Both the position numbers and the translations under genes were made by a program. The notes under the pieces are model-generated. The model saw only the letters and a program-made list of their open reading frames with translations. It was not told the DNA's origin and ran no database searches. Shown one piece after another: positions 63,383 through 64,000 of a stretch of DNA of 64,000 bases. Numbering within the stretch: position 1 is the stretch's first letter; the number at the start of each line of letters is the position of its first letter. This stretch comes from an uncultured Acidobacteriota bacterium (GTDB lineage Bacteria; Acidobacteriota; Thermoanaerobaculia; Multivoradales; SZUA-115), in contig CAWDVR010000004.1 in assembly GCA_963805975.1 (NCBI GenBank), forward strand, positions 64,001 through 128,000. Direction: 5' to 3'.

Positions 63383-64000
63383 GCGGCGGTCTCGGGCAGG
63401 TAGAGGATGCGCTTGCAGGCCTCGCACTGGATCAGGGCGCCGGCGGTGCGGATCTCGACCACCACCTGCGGTCGCACGCTGTAGTTGCAGGCGCCGCAGT
63501 GCCAGAAGCGGGGGCCGCGGCCGCCGCGGTTGACCTCCTGGATCGATGCCAGGCCCTCGCCGCGGTGGCGCTCGCGCACCCGGTCGAACTGCGCCACGAT
63601 GCCGCGGGGCAGAACCTCGCGCAGCGAGGCGGAGGAGATCCTCAGCTCGCCGATCCGCGCCGCGATGGCCGGCTTCTCACCTTCCCAGCGCTCGAGCTCG
63701 GCCTTGTACCGGCCGTCGAGGTCGGCGAACTCCTCGCGCACCTGCGCGAGCTCGGCCTCGGCCTGCTCGCGCCGCTCCATCGCCGCGATGCCCTGCTCCT
63801 CGGCGGTGGAGATCTGTCCTTTGGTGGTGTCGATCTCGTGCAGGAGGGCGCCGTACTCGCGCTGGGTGGAGACCTGGTTGATCTGCTGCTGGTACCGCTT
63901 GAGCTTCTCTTGCGCGTCGGCGATCGCCGCCTCGGCGTCCCGCCGATCCTGCCGCGCCGACTCGGCCACGGCTTCGAGCTCGCCGATCGCCGTCAGCCGG
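63379..64000 (-). CDS. coiled-coil + C4 zinc-ribbon (DUF164-like) protein; 5' part lies outside the window
   Basis: REYGALLHEI coiled coil and CGAC...CEACKRILY. It is the usual upstream neighbour of RNase HI. Confidence 0.9.
   Translation of the reverse strand, partial: RLTAIGELEAVAESARQDRRDAEAAIADAQEKLKRYQQQINQVSTQREYGALLHEIDTTKGQISTAEEQGIAAMERREQAEAELAQVREEFADLDGRYKAELERWEGEKPAIAARIGELRISSASLREVLPRGIVAQFDRVRERHRGEGLASIQEVNRGGRGPRFWHCGACNYSVRPQVVVEIRTAGALIQCEACKRILYLPETAA

Overview
GC-rich bacterial DNA. The gene content (TIGR02999-type ECF sigma factor next to a Ser/Thr kinase, GWxTD protein, YfhO, large TPR proteins) suggests Acidobacteriota, probably Thermoanaerobaculia; this is an inference. 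The left ~31 kb is accessory. It holds (i) an ECF/kinase pair; (ii) an unexplained regulatory module at 3.5-8.3 kb: a small secreted peptide, two paralogous TPR proteins, a double-HTH regulator and two pterin-carbinolamine-dehydratase-fold proteins lacking the catalytic His-His; (iii) a decayed integron-cassette region at 9.3-16 kb with two intact attC sites, no integrase, an intact IS630, and two further attC sites whose body is replaced by the same ~85 bp IS1111-like right end; (iv) detoxification/resistance-type genes and many gene stumps. The right half is more core-like: sbnAB, a multiheme cytochrome-TPR operon, a membrane ORF ending in RPPP ahead of a TonB-dependent receptor, an RTX-sulfatase, yfhO/wzm/wzt, the LemA-TPM operon, a near-identical tandem gene pair with a conserved structured leader, a penicillin acylase-DUF1028 fusion, and an rnhA-yggS-(toxin/antitoxin-like pair)-hutI operon. 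About ten otherwise intact genes carry frameshifts, probably long-read indel errors. No rRNA, tRNA or CRISPR array was seen. All family calls come from motif recognition by eye, not from database searches.
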